A stretch of DNA of 64,000 nt. Origin: an uncultured delta proteobacterium (GTDB lineage Bacteria; Desulfobacterota; Desulfobacteria; Desulfobacterales; JAHEIW01). Shown piece by piece: positions 53,964 to 64,000 of the stretch. The translations under genes and the position numbers were made by a program. Where the stretch lies: NCBI GenBank assembly GCA_963706575.1, contig CAVPNL010000006.1, positions 736,001 to 800,000 on the forward strand. The letters are read 5' to 3'. Below the pieces are notes generated by a model that was not told the origin of the DNA, ran no database searches, and saw nothing but the letters and a program-made list of their open reading frames with translations. Each line of letters starts with the position of its first letter. Positions within the stretch are counted from its first letter, which is position 1.

Positions 53964-54094
53964 AGGTTCAGGTTTCAGGTTTCAGGTGTCAGGTGTCAGC
54001 AAACAGATGACAGAGAACAGAAAACAGAAGCCAGATAGGATGTGACGACCTCCCGGTTTTATCACCTGACTTCTGATCTCTGACACCTGAAACC
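53964..54094. repeat. Compound inverted heptamer array (GGTTTCA/GGTGTCA/CAGAnnn)
   Basis: ggtttcaggtttcaggtgtcaggtgtcag...cagatgacagagaacagaaaacagaagccaga ... ctgacttctgatctctgacacctgaaacc; same unit as 41751-41850. Confidence 0.85.
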
Positions 54095-54161
54095 ATGGTT
54101 ATAACGACTAATTTAGAATTATCCATTTTGTGGGTAAATGAGAAAAGGGGAGCAAACGATC

Positions 54162-56291
54162 ATGGCGAAACAATCGGACATTAAAAAATGGAAGGACCTT
54201 GCAACTAAAGAACTAAGAGGAAAGCCATTGGAATCCCTGGATTGGAATACGCCCGAAGGCATAGCCGTCAAACCCTTATATACGGCTGAAGATCTCAAGA
54301 AAATGGAGCACCTCAACTCCATGCCGGGTTTCGAACCCTACTTGCGGGGCCCCAGAGCAACCATGTATGCGGGAAGGCCGTGGACCATCCGGCAATATGC
54401 CGGCTTCTCCACTGCCAAAGAGTCCAACGCATTTTACCGCAGATGTCTGGCCGCCGGCCAAAAAGGGCTGTCGGTGGCATTTGATCTGGCGACGCACAGA
54501 GGATACGACTCCGACCATCCACGTGTCGCCGGTGACATCGGCAAGGCCGGTGTCGCCGTGGACTCGGTCGAAGATATGAAAATTCTTTTTGATCAGATTC
54601 CGCTGGATCAGATGACGGTTTCCATGACCATGAATGGTGCGGTCTTGCCGATTTTAGCCGGGTATATTGTTGCTGCCGAAGAACAGGGTGTCAGCCAGGA
54701 CAAACTTGCCGGAACGATCCAGAATGATATTTTAAAGGAATATCTGACCCGCAACACGTATATTTACCCGCCGGAGCCTTCCATGCGGATTGTCTCCGAT
54801 ATTATCGGGTATTGTTCAACCCATATGCCCCGCTACAATACCATCAGTATCAGCGGATATCATATGATGGAGGCCGGAGCCGACTCTGTGCTGCAGGCGG
54901 CCTTTACTCTGGCTGACGGACTGGAATATGTCCGGGCGGCCCTTGCTGCCGGACTGGATATCGACACCTTTGCGCCGCGGTTGTCGTTTTTTTTCGGGAT
55001 CGGCATGAACTTTTTAATGGAAATTGCCATGCTGCGGGCGGCGCGGTTCCTGTGGCATAAAATTATCAGCCAGTTCAACCCCAAGGATCCGCGATCAACC
55101 ATGCTGCGCACGCATTGCCAGACTTCGGGCTGGAGCCTGACGGCCCAGGACCCCTATAACAATATTATCCGAACCACCCTGGAATGCCTGTCGGCAGCTC
55201 TGGGCGGCACCCAGTCGCTGCATACCAATTCTTTTGACGAAGCCGTCGGCCTGCCCACTGATTTTTCGGCCCGGATTGCGCGCAACACCCAGCTAATTGT
55301 TCAGGAGGAATCCCAGATTTGCCATGTCACTGACCCGCTGGCGGGATCATACTACGTCGAGTCTTTAACCGACGGCATTATTCGTGAGGCCGGTAAAATT
55401 ATCGATGAAGTCGAAGAAATGGGCGGCATGGCCAAAGCGATTGAAACCGGCAGGCCCAAAATGAGAATTGAAGAGGCGGCTGCCCGCCGGCAGGCGCGCA
55501 TCGATCAGGGCAAGGATGTCATTGTGGGTGTTAACAAGTATCAGATCGAAGAAGATGTGGATCTGGAGATCCTTGAAGTTCCGGCCAGCGTTCGGGACGA
55601 ACAGGTCACCCGATTAAAGGAACTCAAAGCGCGCCGGGATGCAAAGGCCGTAGAGCAGGCGCTGCAGGCGATCGTCAAGGCCGCGGAATCCGGCGGCAAT
55701 TTGCTGGAAGCATGTATTCCGGCTGTACGAGCCCGAGCCACAGTTGGTGAGATCTCGGATGCCCTGGAGAACTTATTTGGACGTTATGTGGCGACGACCC
55801 AGTGTATATCCGGTGTGTATGCTTCCGAATACGGTGATAGCGAGATCATTGACGCGCTCCGCAAGCGGACCGCAGAATTTGAGGAAAAAGAAGGCCGGCG
55901 TCCCCGGATTTTGGTCACCAAGATGGGTCAGGACGGTCACGATCGGGGGATTAAAGTCATTGCAACTGCCTTTGCCGATCTTGGGTTTGATGTGGATATC
56001 AGTCCGATGTTTCAAACGCCTGAAGAGGCGGCGCGCATGGCGGTGGAAAATGATGTCCATCTGGTGGGGGTATCCAGCCTGGCCGCCGGCCATAAAACCC
56101 TGGTACCGGAGCTGATAGCGGCGCTCAATAAAGAAGACGGTGGGGACATTCTGGTGGTTGCCGGTGGAATTATTCCGCCCGCGGATTATGAGGTGCTTTA
56201 TAGTGCCGGTGTGGTCGGTATTTATGGACCGGGTACACCCGTGACCGAATCCGCCGATCAGGTGCTTAATGCATTGGAACAGCGGAAATGA
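54162..56291 (+). CDS. scpA: Methylmalonyl-CoA mutase (B12-dependent, single chain)
   Basis: [30 protein letters not shown] and [10 protein letters not shown] (DxHxxG). Confidence 0.95.
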   Translation: MAKQSDIKKWKDLATKELRGKPLESLDWNTPEGIAVKPLYTAEDLKKMEHLNSMPGFEPYLRGPRATMYAGRPWTIRQYAGFSTAKESNAFYRRCLAAGQKGLSVAFDLATHRGYDSDHPRVAGDIGKAGVAVDSVEDMKILFDQIPLDQMTVSMTMNGAVLPILAGYIVAAEEQGVSQDKLAGTIQNDILKEYLTRNTYIYPPEPSMRIVSDIIGYCSTHMPRYNTISISGYHMMEAGADSVLQAAFTLADGLEYVRAALAAGLDIDTFAPRLSFFFGIGMNFLMEIAMLRAARFLWHKIISQFNPKDPRSTMLRTHCQTSGWSLTAQDPYNNIIRTTLECLSAALGGTQSLHTNSFDEAVGLPTDFSARIARNTQLIVQEESQICHVTDPLAGSYYVESLTDGIIREAGKIIDEVEEMGGMAKAIETGRPKMRIEEAAARRQARIDQGKDVIVGVNKYQIEEDVDLEILEVPASVRDEQVTRLKELKARRDAKAVEQALQAIVKAAESGGNLLEACIPAVRARATVGEISDALENLFGRYVATTQCISGVYASEYGDSEIIDALRKRTAEFEEKEGRRPRILVTKMGQDGHDRGIKVIATAFADLGFDVDISPMFQTPEEAARMAVENDVHLVGVSSLAAGHKTLVPELIAALNKEDGGDILVVAGGIIPPADYEVLYSAGVVGIYGPGTPVTESADQVLNALEQRK

Positions 56292-57280
56292 ATCCAGCTG
56301 ATCCTAAAATATTGATCAAGGGTGTACGGGAACAGGACCGCAGGCTCCTTTCTAAAACCATCACCCTGATCGAAAGCTCACGCCGCGACCATCAGCAACA
56401 AGCGCGCAAGATCGTCGATCAGCTGCTGCCGCATACCGGAAAAGCGGTTCGTCTCGGCATTACCGGCGTACCCGGAGTTGGCAAAAGCACTTTTATTGAG
56501 AGTCTTGGAATATCGCTTGTGGACGCCGGTCATCGGGTGGCGGTTCTGGCGGTGGATCCCAGCAGCTCCAGAAGCGGTGGCAGTGTGATGGCCGATAAGA
56601 CCCGCATGGAAAAGCTTTCAGTCGAAGCAAAGGCGTTTATTCGTCCATCACCTTCCGGAGGTACTCTGGGAGGGGTGGCTCGCAAAACCAGAGAAACCAT
56701 GCTGGTTTGTGAAGCAGCCGGTTTTGATGTGATCATCGTCGAGACGGTCGGTGTCGGACAGTCGGAGACCACCGTGGCATCAATGGTTGATTTTTTTCTG
56801 GTTCTGATGCTCGCCGGTGCCGGCGACGAGCTGCAGGGGATAAAAAGAGGCGTATTGGAGCTGGCCGATGCGCTGGCCATTAACAAAGCGGATGGCGACA
56901 ACATTGCAAATGCGAAAAAGGCTGCGCAAGTATATGCAAGCGCCTTGCAGATGTTGCAACCCCCCTCGCCCAACTGGAAACCGCCGGTGTTGACCTGTAG
57001 TGCGTTGGAGATGACGGGCATTGCTGAAATCTGGCAAATGGTAATGAAATTCCATCAAAAGTTCAGTGACAGCGGTGAGCTGGCCGATAAACGCCAAAAA
57101 CAGGCCCTGGATTGGTTGTGGTCCCTGGTTGAAGATGGGCTGAAGGAACGTTTTTATACCCATCCTGATATTAAGAAGAGACTCGATCAAATCACCCGTG
57201 CGGTGGCAAAAGGGGAAACCGCTCCGACACTTGCCGCGGATAAATTACTTTTTTTTCTTGACAATCGTCGTTCGGTCTAG
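56288..57280 (+). CDS. meaB: Methylmalonyl-CoA mutase chaperone GTPase
   Basis: [37 protein letters not shown] and NKAD. Confidence 0.95.
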   Translation: MNPADPKILIKGVREQDRRLLSKTITLIESSRRDHQQQARKIVDQLLPHTGKAVRLGITGVPGVGKSTFIESLGISLVDAGHRVAVLAVDPSSSRSGGSVMADKTRMEKLSVEAKAFIRPSPSGGTLGGVARKTRETMLVCEAAGFDVIIVETVGVGQSETTVASMVDFFLVLMLAGAGDELQGIKRGVLELADALAINKADGDNIANAKKAAQVYASALQMLQPPSPNWKPPVLTCSALEMTGIAEIWQMVMKFHQKFSDSGELADKRQKQALDWLWSLVEDGLKERFYTHPDIKKRLDQITRAVAKGETAPTLAADKLLFFLDNRRSV

Positions 57281-57458
57281 AAAATTGACCCTTTTGTCCC
57301 AAGTATTTAGCTTAAGTTGAAATGGGTGTGAATTGCGCTGGAATTTACCCCGTAATTTGTGGCTTTTGAGATAAAAAAGGGATCGGCGACTCGGCTGCCA
57401 AAATGGGCCATGGCCTAAAGCGATCCGGCACGTATTTTCAAATGAAAGGATACATATA

Positions 57459-59012
57459 ATGGGTGTTGTCGAAGATAAAATGGAAGAACTTAAATCACGT
57501 GAAGCCAAAACCCTTGAAATGGGCGGCGAAAAAGCGGTCGCCAAGCAGCATGAAAAAAACAAGCTCACCGCCCGTGAACGGTTGAATCGATTATTTGATG
57601 CGGGGACCTTTCGCGAGATCGATATGTTTGTCAATCATCGTTGCGTGAATTTTGGCATGGAAACGGTCGATATCCCGGCAGATGGGGTCGTCACCGGCCA
57701 CGGCCTGGTCGACGGCCGGCCGCTGTTTGCTTTTTCCCAGGATTTTACGGCTCGAGCCGGCAGCCTGGGGGAGATGCATTCTAAAAAAATCTGCAAAGTG
57801 ATGGATCTGGCCATGAAGGCCGGGGTGCCGTTTGTCGGCATAAACGACTCGGGTGGTGCCCGGATTCAGGAAGGCGTCGATGCTCTTTCCGGGTACGGCC
57901 AGATATTTTTTCGCAATTCTGCGGCTTCCGGTGTCATCCCCCAGATTTCCGCGATTATGGGACCCACGGCCGGCGGAGCGGTCTATTCACCGGCCATGAC
58001 CGACTGGGTATTTATGGTAAAAGGCAGCAGCTATATGTTTATTACCGGACCCGAGGTCATCAAATCGGTTACCGGTGAGGAAATTACGTTTGAGGAGCTG
58101 GGCGGCGCCAAAACCCATAATGAAAAAAGCGGTGTGGCCCACTTTGCCTGTGATAGCGACGAAGATGCCATCGATCGGATCAAACGACTGCTGTCCTATC
58201 TGCCGTCAAATAATATGGAAGATCCGCCTGTCGTTGATACGGGGGATGATCCCAAACGCACCGAATCGGCTTTAAATTCGATTATTCCGGATAGCCCCAA
58301 TAAATCCTACGATATGAAAGCGGTCATTCGGGCAATTGTCGATAACGGCGAGATTTTTGAACCCCATCAGTATTACGCAGGCAATATGGTGGTGTGCTTT
58401 GCGCGTTTGAATGGCAGAAGCATCGGGATTATTGCCAACCAGCCGAAAGTGCTGGCCGGCTGCCTGGACATCAACGCTTCGGACAAAGCCACACGCTTTA
58501 TTCGATTTTGCGACTCATTCAACATACCGATGTTAACCATCGCTGATGTGCCGGGATACCTGCCCGGCAGCCAGCAGGAATGGGGCGGCATCATCCGGCA
58601 TGGCGCCAAGCTTCTGTGGTGTTATTCGGAGGCCACGGTGCCCAAGCTGCTGCTGGTTACCCGCAAGGATTACGGGGGCGCATATCTGGCGATGTGCTCC
58701 AAAGATCTGGGTGCGGATATGGCATTTGCCTGGCCCACGGCGGAAATTGCCGTGATGGGTGCGGCCGGAGCGGCCAATATTATCCATCGCAAGGAAATTA
58801 CCGGGGCCGAGGATCCGGCAGCCAAGCGCCAGGAAAAGATCAAGGAATATGAGGACCTGTTTTCCAATCCTTATCAGGCAGCCAACCGGGGCTATATTGA
58901 TGCGGTTATCGAACCTAGCGAGACCCGGCCGCGCCTGATCGACGCCCTGGAAGTGATGTGCACCAAACGGGAGACCCGGCCGCCGAAAAAACACGGCAAT
59001 ATTCCCATGTAA
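57459..59012 (+). CDS. Acyl-CoA carboxyltransferase (PccB / transcarboxylase 12S-like)
   Basis: DSGGARIQEG, GGAVYSPAMTD, DVPGYLPG, IIRHGAKLL and KKHGNIPM. Confidence 0.93.
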   Translation: MGVVEDKMEELKSREAKTLEMGGEKAVAKQHEKNKLTARERLNRLFDAGTFREIDMFVNHRCVNFGMETVDIPADGVVTGHGLVDGRPLFAFSQDFTARAGSLGEMHSKKICKVMDLAMKAGVPFVGINDSGGARIQEGVDALSGYGQIFFRNSAASGVIPQISAIMGPTAGGAVYSPAMTDWVFMVKGSSYMFITGPEVIKSVTGEEITFEELGGAKTHNEKSGVAHFACDSDEDAIDRIKRLLSYLPSNNMEDPPVVDTGDDPKRTESALNSIIPDSPNKSYDMKAVIRAIVDNGEIFEPHQYYAGNMVVCFARLNGRSIGIIANQPKVLAGCLDINASDKATRFIRFCDSFNIPMLTIADVPGYLPGSQQEWGGIIRHGAKLLWCYSEATVPKLLLVTRKDYGGAYLAMCSKDLGADMAFAWPTAEIAVMGAAGAANIIHRKEITGAEDPAAKRQEKIKEYEDLFSNPYQAANRGYIDAVIEPSETRPRLIDALEVMCTKRETRPPKKHGNIPM

Positions 59013-59069
59013 AGTGCCTAAAGTGATCTAAAGTGATCTAAAATGCCTAAAGTTAAAAAAGGAAATCAA

Positions 59070-59297
59070 ATGGAACATGCTCAAAAAACTGCTGCAGCGA
59101 TCGCAGCGGTGATCCAATATATCAAAACCGAAGAAGAAGCCATTGCGATGCAAAACGCCATGCAGGCGGCTGCGTCTCAGATGCCGCGGTCTGCTCAACC
59201 ACCGGCCCCGGCAGTCAAACCCTGGGGTGTCAGCGGCCGACAGGCGCAAATGCAGATGCGCAATTTGATGCAACTCAGAACCTTTCGTAAGCTATAG
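59070..59297 (+). CDS. Small Ala/Gln/Pro-rich accessory protein (carboxylase epsilon-like)
   Basis: AAGGA RBS; AAAIAAV...WGVSGR pattern; lies between the two carboxyltransferase genes. Confidence 0.65.
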   Translation: MEHAQKTAAAIAAVIQYIKTEEEAIAMQNAMQAAASQMPRSAQPPAPAVKPWGVSGRQAQMQMRNLMQLRTFRKL

Positions 59298-59300
59298 GGA

Positions 59301-59397
59301 GTGTTTAGTGTTTAGTATTTAGTGTTTAGCATGTTTTCCCCGATTGCGCCTTACCAAATACTAAACACAAAACACTAAACACGAAATACCAAACACC
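59301..59397. repeat. Inverted heptamer array element, copy 5 (spacer B)
   Basis: gtgtttagtgtttagtatttagtgtttag / catgttttccccgattgcgcctta / ccaaatactaaacacaaaacactaaacacgaaataccaaacacc. Confidence 0.9.
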
Positions 59398-59430
59398 AGG
59401 CTTATAAAGCCTATAAAGGAGTTTCAAAAC

Positions 59431-61452
59431 ATGAGTGATGACAATCAAGTAAAAATGACGACAATGAGCTATGACAAAGATCGGCCGAAGGCGGAGAACC
59501 CTGTCAAGGTAGAGGACTTGAGCCTTCGCGACGGCCATCAATCCCTGTTTGCCACACGGGGTCGCACCGAAGATATGATTCCGGTGGCCGAGATGATGGA
59601 CGACGTCGGCTACTGGGCCATGGAAGTATGGGGTGGGGCGACTTTTGACACCATGCACCGGTTTTTAAATGAAGACCCCTGGGAACGCATTCGCACCTTG
59701 AAGCGTTACATTAAAAAGACGCCGTTTTCGATGCTGCTGCGGGCCCAGAACCTGGTCGGGTATCGCAACTATGCCGATGATGTCGCCAAGGCCTTTGTCG
59801 AAAGAACCTGTGAAAATGGGATGGACATATTCAGAACATTTGATGCCCTCAATGATTACCGTAACTTTGAAACCGTGGTTCCGGTAATTAAAGAGTACGG
59901 CAAACATTTCCAGGGCTGCATGTGCTACACCCTGACCGAGCCGCGGCTGGGCGGAAAGGTTTACAACATCGACTATTTCGTCAACAAGGCCAAAGCTCTT
60001 GAAAAGATGGGAGCGGACAGCATCTGCGTCAAAGACATGGCCGGGCTGCTGGCGCCTTATGATGCTTATAATCTGATCAAAGCGCTGAAGGCGGCCGTAA
60101 AGCCGCCGATTCACCTGCACAGCCATTTTACATCAGGCATGTCGCCGATGACCCACCTGAAGGCCATCGAGGCTGGTGTGGATATCATTGACACCTGCAT
60201 GTCACCATACGCTTATCGCACCGCTCATGCCGCCATTGAGCCGCTGGTCATGACCCTGCTGGGAACCAACCGCGATACCGGCTTTGATATTCGACTGCTG
60301 GCCAAAATCAACGAGGTTTTCGAAAAAGAGATTCTACCAAAATACAGGCACTTACTGGATGATACGAAGATGTCCATCATCGATATCAACGTGCTGCTCC
60401 ACCAGACTCCGGGCGGGATGCTGTCCAACCTGGTCAATCAGTTAAGAGAAATGGATGCTTTGGATAAGATCGATCAGGTTTATGCCGAACTGCCGCGGGT
60501 CAGAAAAGAGCTGGGCCAAATCCCACTGGTAACGCCCACCAGCCAGATTGTGGGCACCCAGACCGTTAATAACGTTCTTTTTGACGACGAAAATGAACGC
60601 TACAAAATGATCACCGGCCAGGTAAAGGATCTGTGCTACGGACTGTACGGCAAAACCGCGGTTCCGATTGACAAGGAGGTGCAGAAAAAGGCACTGAAAG
60701 GGTATGAGCGCGGAGAAAAGCCGATTGAATGCCGGCCGGCGGAGGTTCTGGAACCCGAGCTGGACAAGGCAAAAGAAGAAATCGGAGATCTGGCCGTTGA
60801 TCTGGATGATGCGTTGATCTATGCCCTTTACCCGGTTACCGGGAAACGCTTTTTGAAATGGAAATACGGCAAGGAACAGCCCCCGGCAGATGTGAAACCC
60901 AGAACGCTGCAGGATGCCGCCGCCGAACAGGAGTTGATTAAAAAGGCGAAAGCCGGCCTTCTTGTTGAAAAAACGGATAAGGAAATTCCGGATAAAAGCG
61001 AAAATGCCCGAACATTTAATGTCTTTGTGGATGATGATTATTTTGAGGTTGACGTGGATGAAGTCGGCGGCTCGCCGGTGGTCAGCTATGTCCAGCCGAT
61101 GGCCACGGGAATGCAAATGCCGTTAGCGGCGCCTCCAGCGGCACCGGTTGCCGCACCTGCCGCTAAAAAGCAGCCGGCAGCTCAAGCCAAAGAAGCCAAG
61201 CCCGAGGCCCCGGCGGCTGCCCCTGCTGAGGCGGTGGAAGGCACCCCGCTTACCGCGCCCATGCCCGGTATGATTGTCAAGTATGAGAAAGAAGTCGGCG
61301 ACGCCATCAGCCAGGGCGAAACCGTAGTGGTTCTGGAGGCCATGAAAATGGAAAATGCCCTGCCGGCGCCGGCCAGCGGTACCATCAAGAGCGTTAATTT
61401 CAGCAGCGGCGATTCGGTCGCCAAGGGGGATGTGCTTGCGGTGATTGGCTAA
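59431..61452 (+). CDS. Pyruvate/oxaloacetate carboxyltransferase fused to a biotin carrier (PycB / transcarboxylase 5S+1.3S-like)
   Basis: LRDGHQSL, WGGATFD, KDMAG, HLHSH, PLVTPTSQIVG, Ala/Pro linker and EAMKMEN biotinyl motif. Confidence 0.92.
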   Translation: MSDDNQVKMTTMSYDKDRPKAENPVKVEDLSLRDGHQSLFATRGRTEDMIPVAEMMDDVGYWAMEVWGGATFDTMHRFLNEDPWERIRTLKRYIKKTPFSMLLRAQNLVGYRNYADDVAKAFVERTCENGMDIFRTFDALNDYRNFETVVPVIKEYGKHFQGCMCYTLTEPRLGGKVYNIDYFVNKAKALEKMGADSICVKDMAGLLAPYDAYNLIKALKAAVKPPIHLHSHFTSGMSPMTHLKAIEAGVDIIDTCMSPYAYRTAHAAIEPLVMTLLGTNRDTGFDIRLLAKINEVFEKEILPKYRHLLDDTKMSIIDINVLLHQTPGGMLSNLVNQLREMDALDKIDQVYAELPRVRKELGQIPLVTPTSQIVGTQTVNNVLFDDENERYKMITGQVKDLCYGLYGKTAVPIDKEVQKKALKGYERGEKPIECRPAEVLEPELDKAKEEIGDLAVDLDDALIYALYPVTGKRFLKWKYGKEQPPADVKPRTLQDAAAEQELIKKAKAGLLVEKTDKEIPDKSENARTFNVFVDDDYFEVDVDEVGGSPVVSYVQPMATGMQMPLAAPPAAPVAAPAAKKQPAAQAKEAKPEAPAAAPAEAVEGTPLTAPMPGMIVKYEKEVGDAISQGETVVVLEAMKMENALPAPASGTIKSVNFSSGDSVAKGDVLAVIG

Positions 61453-61470
61453 AAGCTTGGGTCTGCAACC

Positions 61471-61549
61471 GTTTGAGGCTTGAGGTTTGAGGCTGGAGGC
61501 AAACGGCCGTCTTTGCATGCCTCCAACCTAAAGCGAAGCGCTCCTCAAG
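61471..61549. repeat. Inverted heptamer array (TTGAGGC / GCCTCAA type)
   Basis: gtttgaggcttgaggtttgaggctggaggc ... gcctccaacctaaagcgaagcgctcctcaag. Confidence 0.7.
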
Positions 61550-61657
61550 TTTCCGGCCCTGCCGGGAACGATCCTCCAACTGTGTGTATCTATTAAGCAG
61601 CTGGTTGTGCGTTAAATTTGGATTTTGTCCTCTAACTTTGTTTGGAGTTTTACGACC

Positions 61658-62818
61658 ATGAAGATCCACGAATATCAGGCCAAAGAATTGTTAAAAAAAT
61701 ACAGCGTTCCCGTGCCGCAAGGCGGGGCTGCTTTTAATGCGGATGAGGCCGTTGCGATCGCCAAAAAATTGGCAGGCTATCCGGTGGTTGTTAAGGCCCA
61801 GATTCATGCCGGAGGCCGCGGCAAAGGCGGCGGCGTTAAATTGGCCCAGTCGGCTGATGAAGTCCAAAGCGTGGCCCGGGAAATTATCGGCATGAACCTG
61901 GTGACCCATCAGACCGGTAAGGAAGGTCGGATGGTTAAGAAAGTTCTGGTGGAACAGGGTTTAAACATCGAAAAAGAACTTTATTTGAGCATTATTCCTG
62001 ACCGAGCATCGGCCCAGATTGTGGTCATGGCCAGTGAAGCCGGCGGTATGGACATTGAAGCGGTCGCAGCAAAAACACCGGAACGAATTATTAAAGTCTT
62101 CATTAATCCACTGCTGGGAATGCAGCCTTATCATTGCCGCGCAGTGGCTTTTGGTTTGAATTTGAGCCCGGCTGTCATGAAGCCGTTTGTGGCCATGTTA
62201 AAGAATCTTTACCGGCTTTTTGTGGACTATGATTGTTCGCTGGCCGAAATCAATCCGCTGGTCATTACGGCTGAGGAAGCCGTGATAGCGCTCGATGCCA
62301 AAATGAATTTCGATGATAACGCGCTTTTCAGACATCCGGACATTCAGGAATACCGGGATTTTGATGAGGAAGATCCGCTCGAGGTTGAAGCCTCCAAATT
62401 CAACCTGAACTACATCAATCTGGACGGCAATGTGGGCAATATGGTCAATGGGGCCGGACTGGCGATGGCCACCATGGATATTATCAAGCAGGCCGGAGCG
62501 GAACCCGCCAATTTTTTAGATGTGGGCGGCGGCGCCGATGCCGAAATGGTCGAAAACGGGTTTCGAATCATTTTAAGTGATAAAAATGTCAAAGGTATTT
62601 TGATCAATATATTTGGCGGGATTTTACGCTGTGACGTTCTGGCCAACGGGGTGGTCGAAGCTGCTAAAAAGACCGGCATCAAAGTTCCGGTGGTGGTGCG
62701 AATGGAAGGCACCAATGTGGAAGCAGGGCGAAAAATTCTGGCCGAGTCCGGTCTGAACCTGATCACAGCAGTCGATTTAAAAGATGCCGCCCAAAAGATT
62801 GCACAAGTTGTTCAATAG
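61658..62818 (+). CDS. sucC: Succinyl-CoA synthetase beta subunit
   Basis: [39 protein letters not shown] and [10 protein letters not shown]. Confidence 0.97.
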   Translation: MKIHEYQAKELLKKYSVPVPQGGAAFNADEAVAIAKKLAGYPVVVKAQIHAGGRGKGGGVKLAQSADEVQSVAREIIGMNLVTHQTGKEGRMVKKVLVEQGLNIEKELYLSIIPDRASAQIVVMASEAGGMDIEAVAAKTPERIIKVFINPLLGMQPYHCRAVAFGLNLSPAVMKPFVAMLKNLYRLFVDYDCSLAEINPLVITAEEAVIALDAKMNFDDNALFRHPDIQEYRDFDEEDPLEVEASKFNLNYINLDGNVGNMVNGAGLAMATMDIIKQAGAEPANFLDVGGGADAEMVENGFRIILSDKNVKGILINIFGGILRCDVLANGVVEAAKKTGIKVPVVVRMEGTNVEAGRKILAESGLNLITAVDLKDAAQKIAQVVQ

Positions 62819-62845
62819 AGCTGACAGCTGTTTGATTGATACAGC

Positions 62846-62913
62846 TCACCGCAGAGACGTAGAGACCGCAGAGAAAAAAAATTAACTTTGCGATCTCTGC
62901 GCCTCTGCGGTGA
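62846..62913. repeat. Inverted 9-mer array (CGCAGAGAC type)
   Basis: tcaccgcagagacgtagagaccgcagag ... ctttgcgatctctgcgcctctgcggtga. Confidence 0.8.
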
Positions 62914-62936
62914 AAAATCAAATCAGGAGAAAAATT

Positions 62937-63809
62937 GTGAGCATTTTTGCAGATAAAAATTCCCGGGTTGTGGTTCAGGGAATAACCGGCAGGGAAGGGC
63001 AATTTCACGCACGGCATTGCATCGATTACGGCACAAAGATTGTTGCCGGAGTGACGCCCGGCAAGGCCGGGCAAAAAATGGATGAGGTTCCGGTATTTAA
63101 TACCGTGCGAGACGCCGTCGAGGATACCGCTGCCAATTGCAGCCTGATCTTTGTTCCCCCGGCTTTTGCCGCCGATGCGATTATGGAGGCCGCCGATGCG
63201 GGACTGGATCTGGTGGTCGTGATTACCGAGGGGATTCCCGTGCTGGATATGATGAAGGTCAAAAATTATCTGCAGGGCAAATCCACCCGCATGATCGGCC
63301 CCAATTGCCCGGGAATCATAACACCCGGCGAGGCCAAAATTGGCATTATGCCGGGGCCCATTCACAAACCCGGCGGCCCCATCGGTGTGGTGTCAAGGTC
63401 AGGGACCCTGACCTACGAAGTGGTTCATCAGCTGACCCTGCAGGGCATCGGGCAGACGACCTGCATTGGCATCGGGGGCGATCCCGTCAACGGCACGAGC
63501 TTTATTGACTGTCTGGAAGCCTTTGAGCAGGATGCCGCCACCAAAGGTGTGGTGATGGTGGGTGAAATCGGCGGGACGTCGGAAGAAGACGCTTCAGATT
63601 TTATCGGCCGCAATATGTCCATACCGGTTGTCGGCTTCATTTCCGGTCTAACGGCACCCCCCGGCAGACGGATGGGGCATGCCGGCGCCATTATTTCCGG
63701 CAGCAGCGGAACGGCCCAGGCCAAAATTGAAGCTATGAAAGCCAATGGCGTCCATGTGTGCGAGGATCTGGGCACTCTAGGAGAACTTTGTTCCAAAGTT
63801 TTTAACTAG
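62937..63809 (+). CDS. sucD: Succinyl-CoA synthetase alpha subunit
   Basis: GTG start after [30 protein letters not shown] and RMGHAGA. Confidence 0.97.
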   Translation: MSIFADKNSRVVVQGITGREGQFHARHCIDYGTKIVAGVTPGKAGQKMDEVPVFNTVRDAVEDTAANCSLIFVPPAFAADAIMEAADAGLDLVVVITEGIPVLDMMKVKNYLQGKSTRMIGPNCPGIITPGEAKIGIMPGPIHKPGGPIGVVSRSGTLTYEVVHQLTLQGIGQTTCIGIGGDPVNGTSFIDCLEAFEQDAATKGVVMVGEIGGTSEEDASDFIGRNMSIPVVGFISGLTAPPGRRMGHAGAIISGSSGTAQAKIEAMKANGVHVCEDLGTLGELCSKVFN

Positions 63810-63891
63810 TGTTTAGTGTTTGGTATTTAGTGTTTAGCGTCTTTTCCCCAATCGCGCATTACCAAACACCAAACACGAAACACCAAACACC
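63807..63891. repeat. Inverted heptamer array element, copy 6 (spacer B)
   Basis: tagtgtttagtgtttggtatttagtgtttag / cgtcttttccccaatcgcgcatta / ccaaacaccaaacacgaaacaccaaacacc; overlaps the sucD stop codon. Confidence 0.9.
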
Positions 63892-63919
63892 AATTTACAA
63901 ACGAAGTTTGGAAATTGCG

Positions 63920-64000
63920 ATGCACGAAATGGGTATCGCCCTGCAGATCGTCGAAATTGCCACCGCCTCCCTACCGGCGGATTTGGGCGAGGTCCGGGTT
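63920..64000 (+). CDS. hypA: Hydrogenase maturation nickel metallochaperone, 5' end (truncated by the window)
   Basis: MHEMGIALQIVEIA...; MHE Ni-binding N-terminus. Confidence 0.8.
   Translation, partial: MHEMGIALQIVEIATASLPADLGEVRV

Overview
Chromosomal window from a bacterium that looks like a Desulfobacterales (Desulfobacterota) member; this is inferred from gene content, porin type and repeat style. Many genes are split by single-base indels, densest in the first ~17 kb and including essential argS, so these are most likely assembly errors. Contents in order: (1) end of a minus-strand surface-glycan cluster (GT-C-like membrane protein, YbhN-type membrane protein, sulfotransferase, GT2, UDP-sulfoquinovose synthase, sugar dehydratase); (2) argS-SPOR-gatC-gatA, a four-helix-bundle gene, mutL, a porin, an FG-GAP/VCBS protein, a dead GIY-YIG gene, gatB, a GSCFA protein and an acyltransferase; (3) a ~28 kb uncharacterised locus: five glycosyltransferases, histidine phosphatase, deacetylase and O-methyltransferase, then FtsX permease, ABC ATPase, a giant M28-like/FtsX fusion, DUF6785-like, OPT-like, B12 radical SAM and PqqD-like genes, converging on an ABC exporter-cNMP-RsbW-STAS unit; (4) DUF2065-queA-tgt-NifU; (5) a methylmalonyl-CoA/transcarboxylase/succinyl-CoA synthetase operon and the start of hypA. 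The most striking unexplained signal is non-coding. Many intergenic spaces hold inverted arrays of 7-10 bp tandem units, REP hairpins or short MITE-like shells, often nested. One heptamer family (GTGTTTA...CCAAACA) occurs six times in the same polarity, five copies empty and one bracketing the four-helix-bundle gene. One REP pair likewise brackets a GIY-YIG pseudogene that the ORF track misses.
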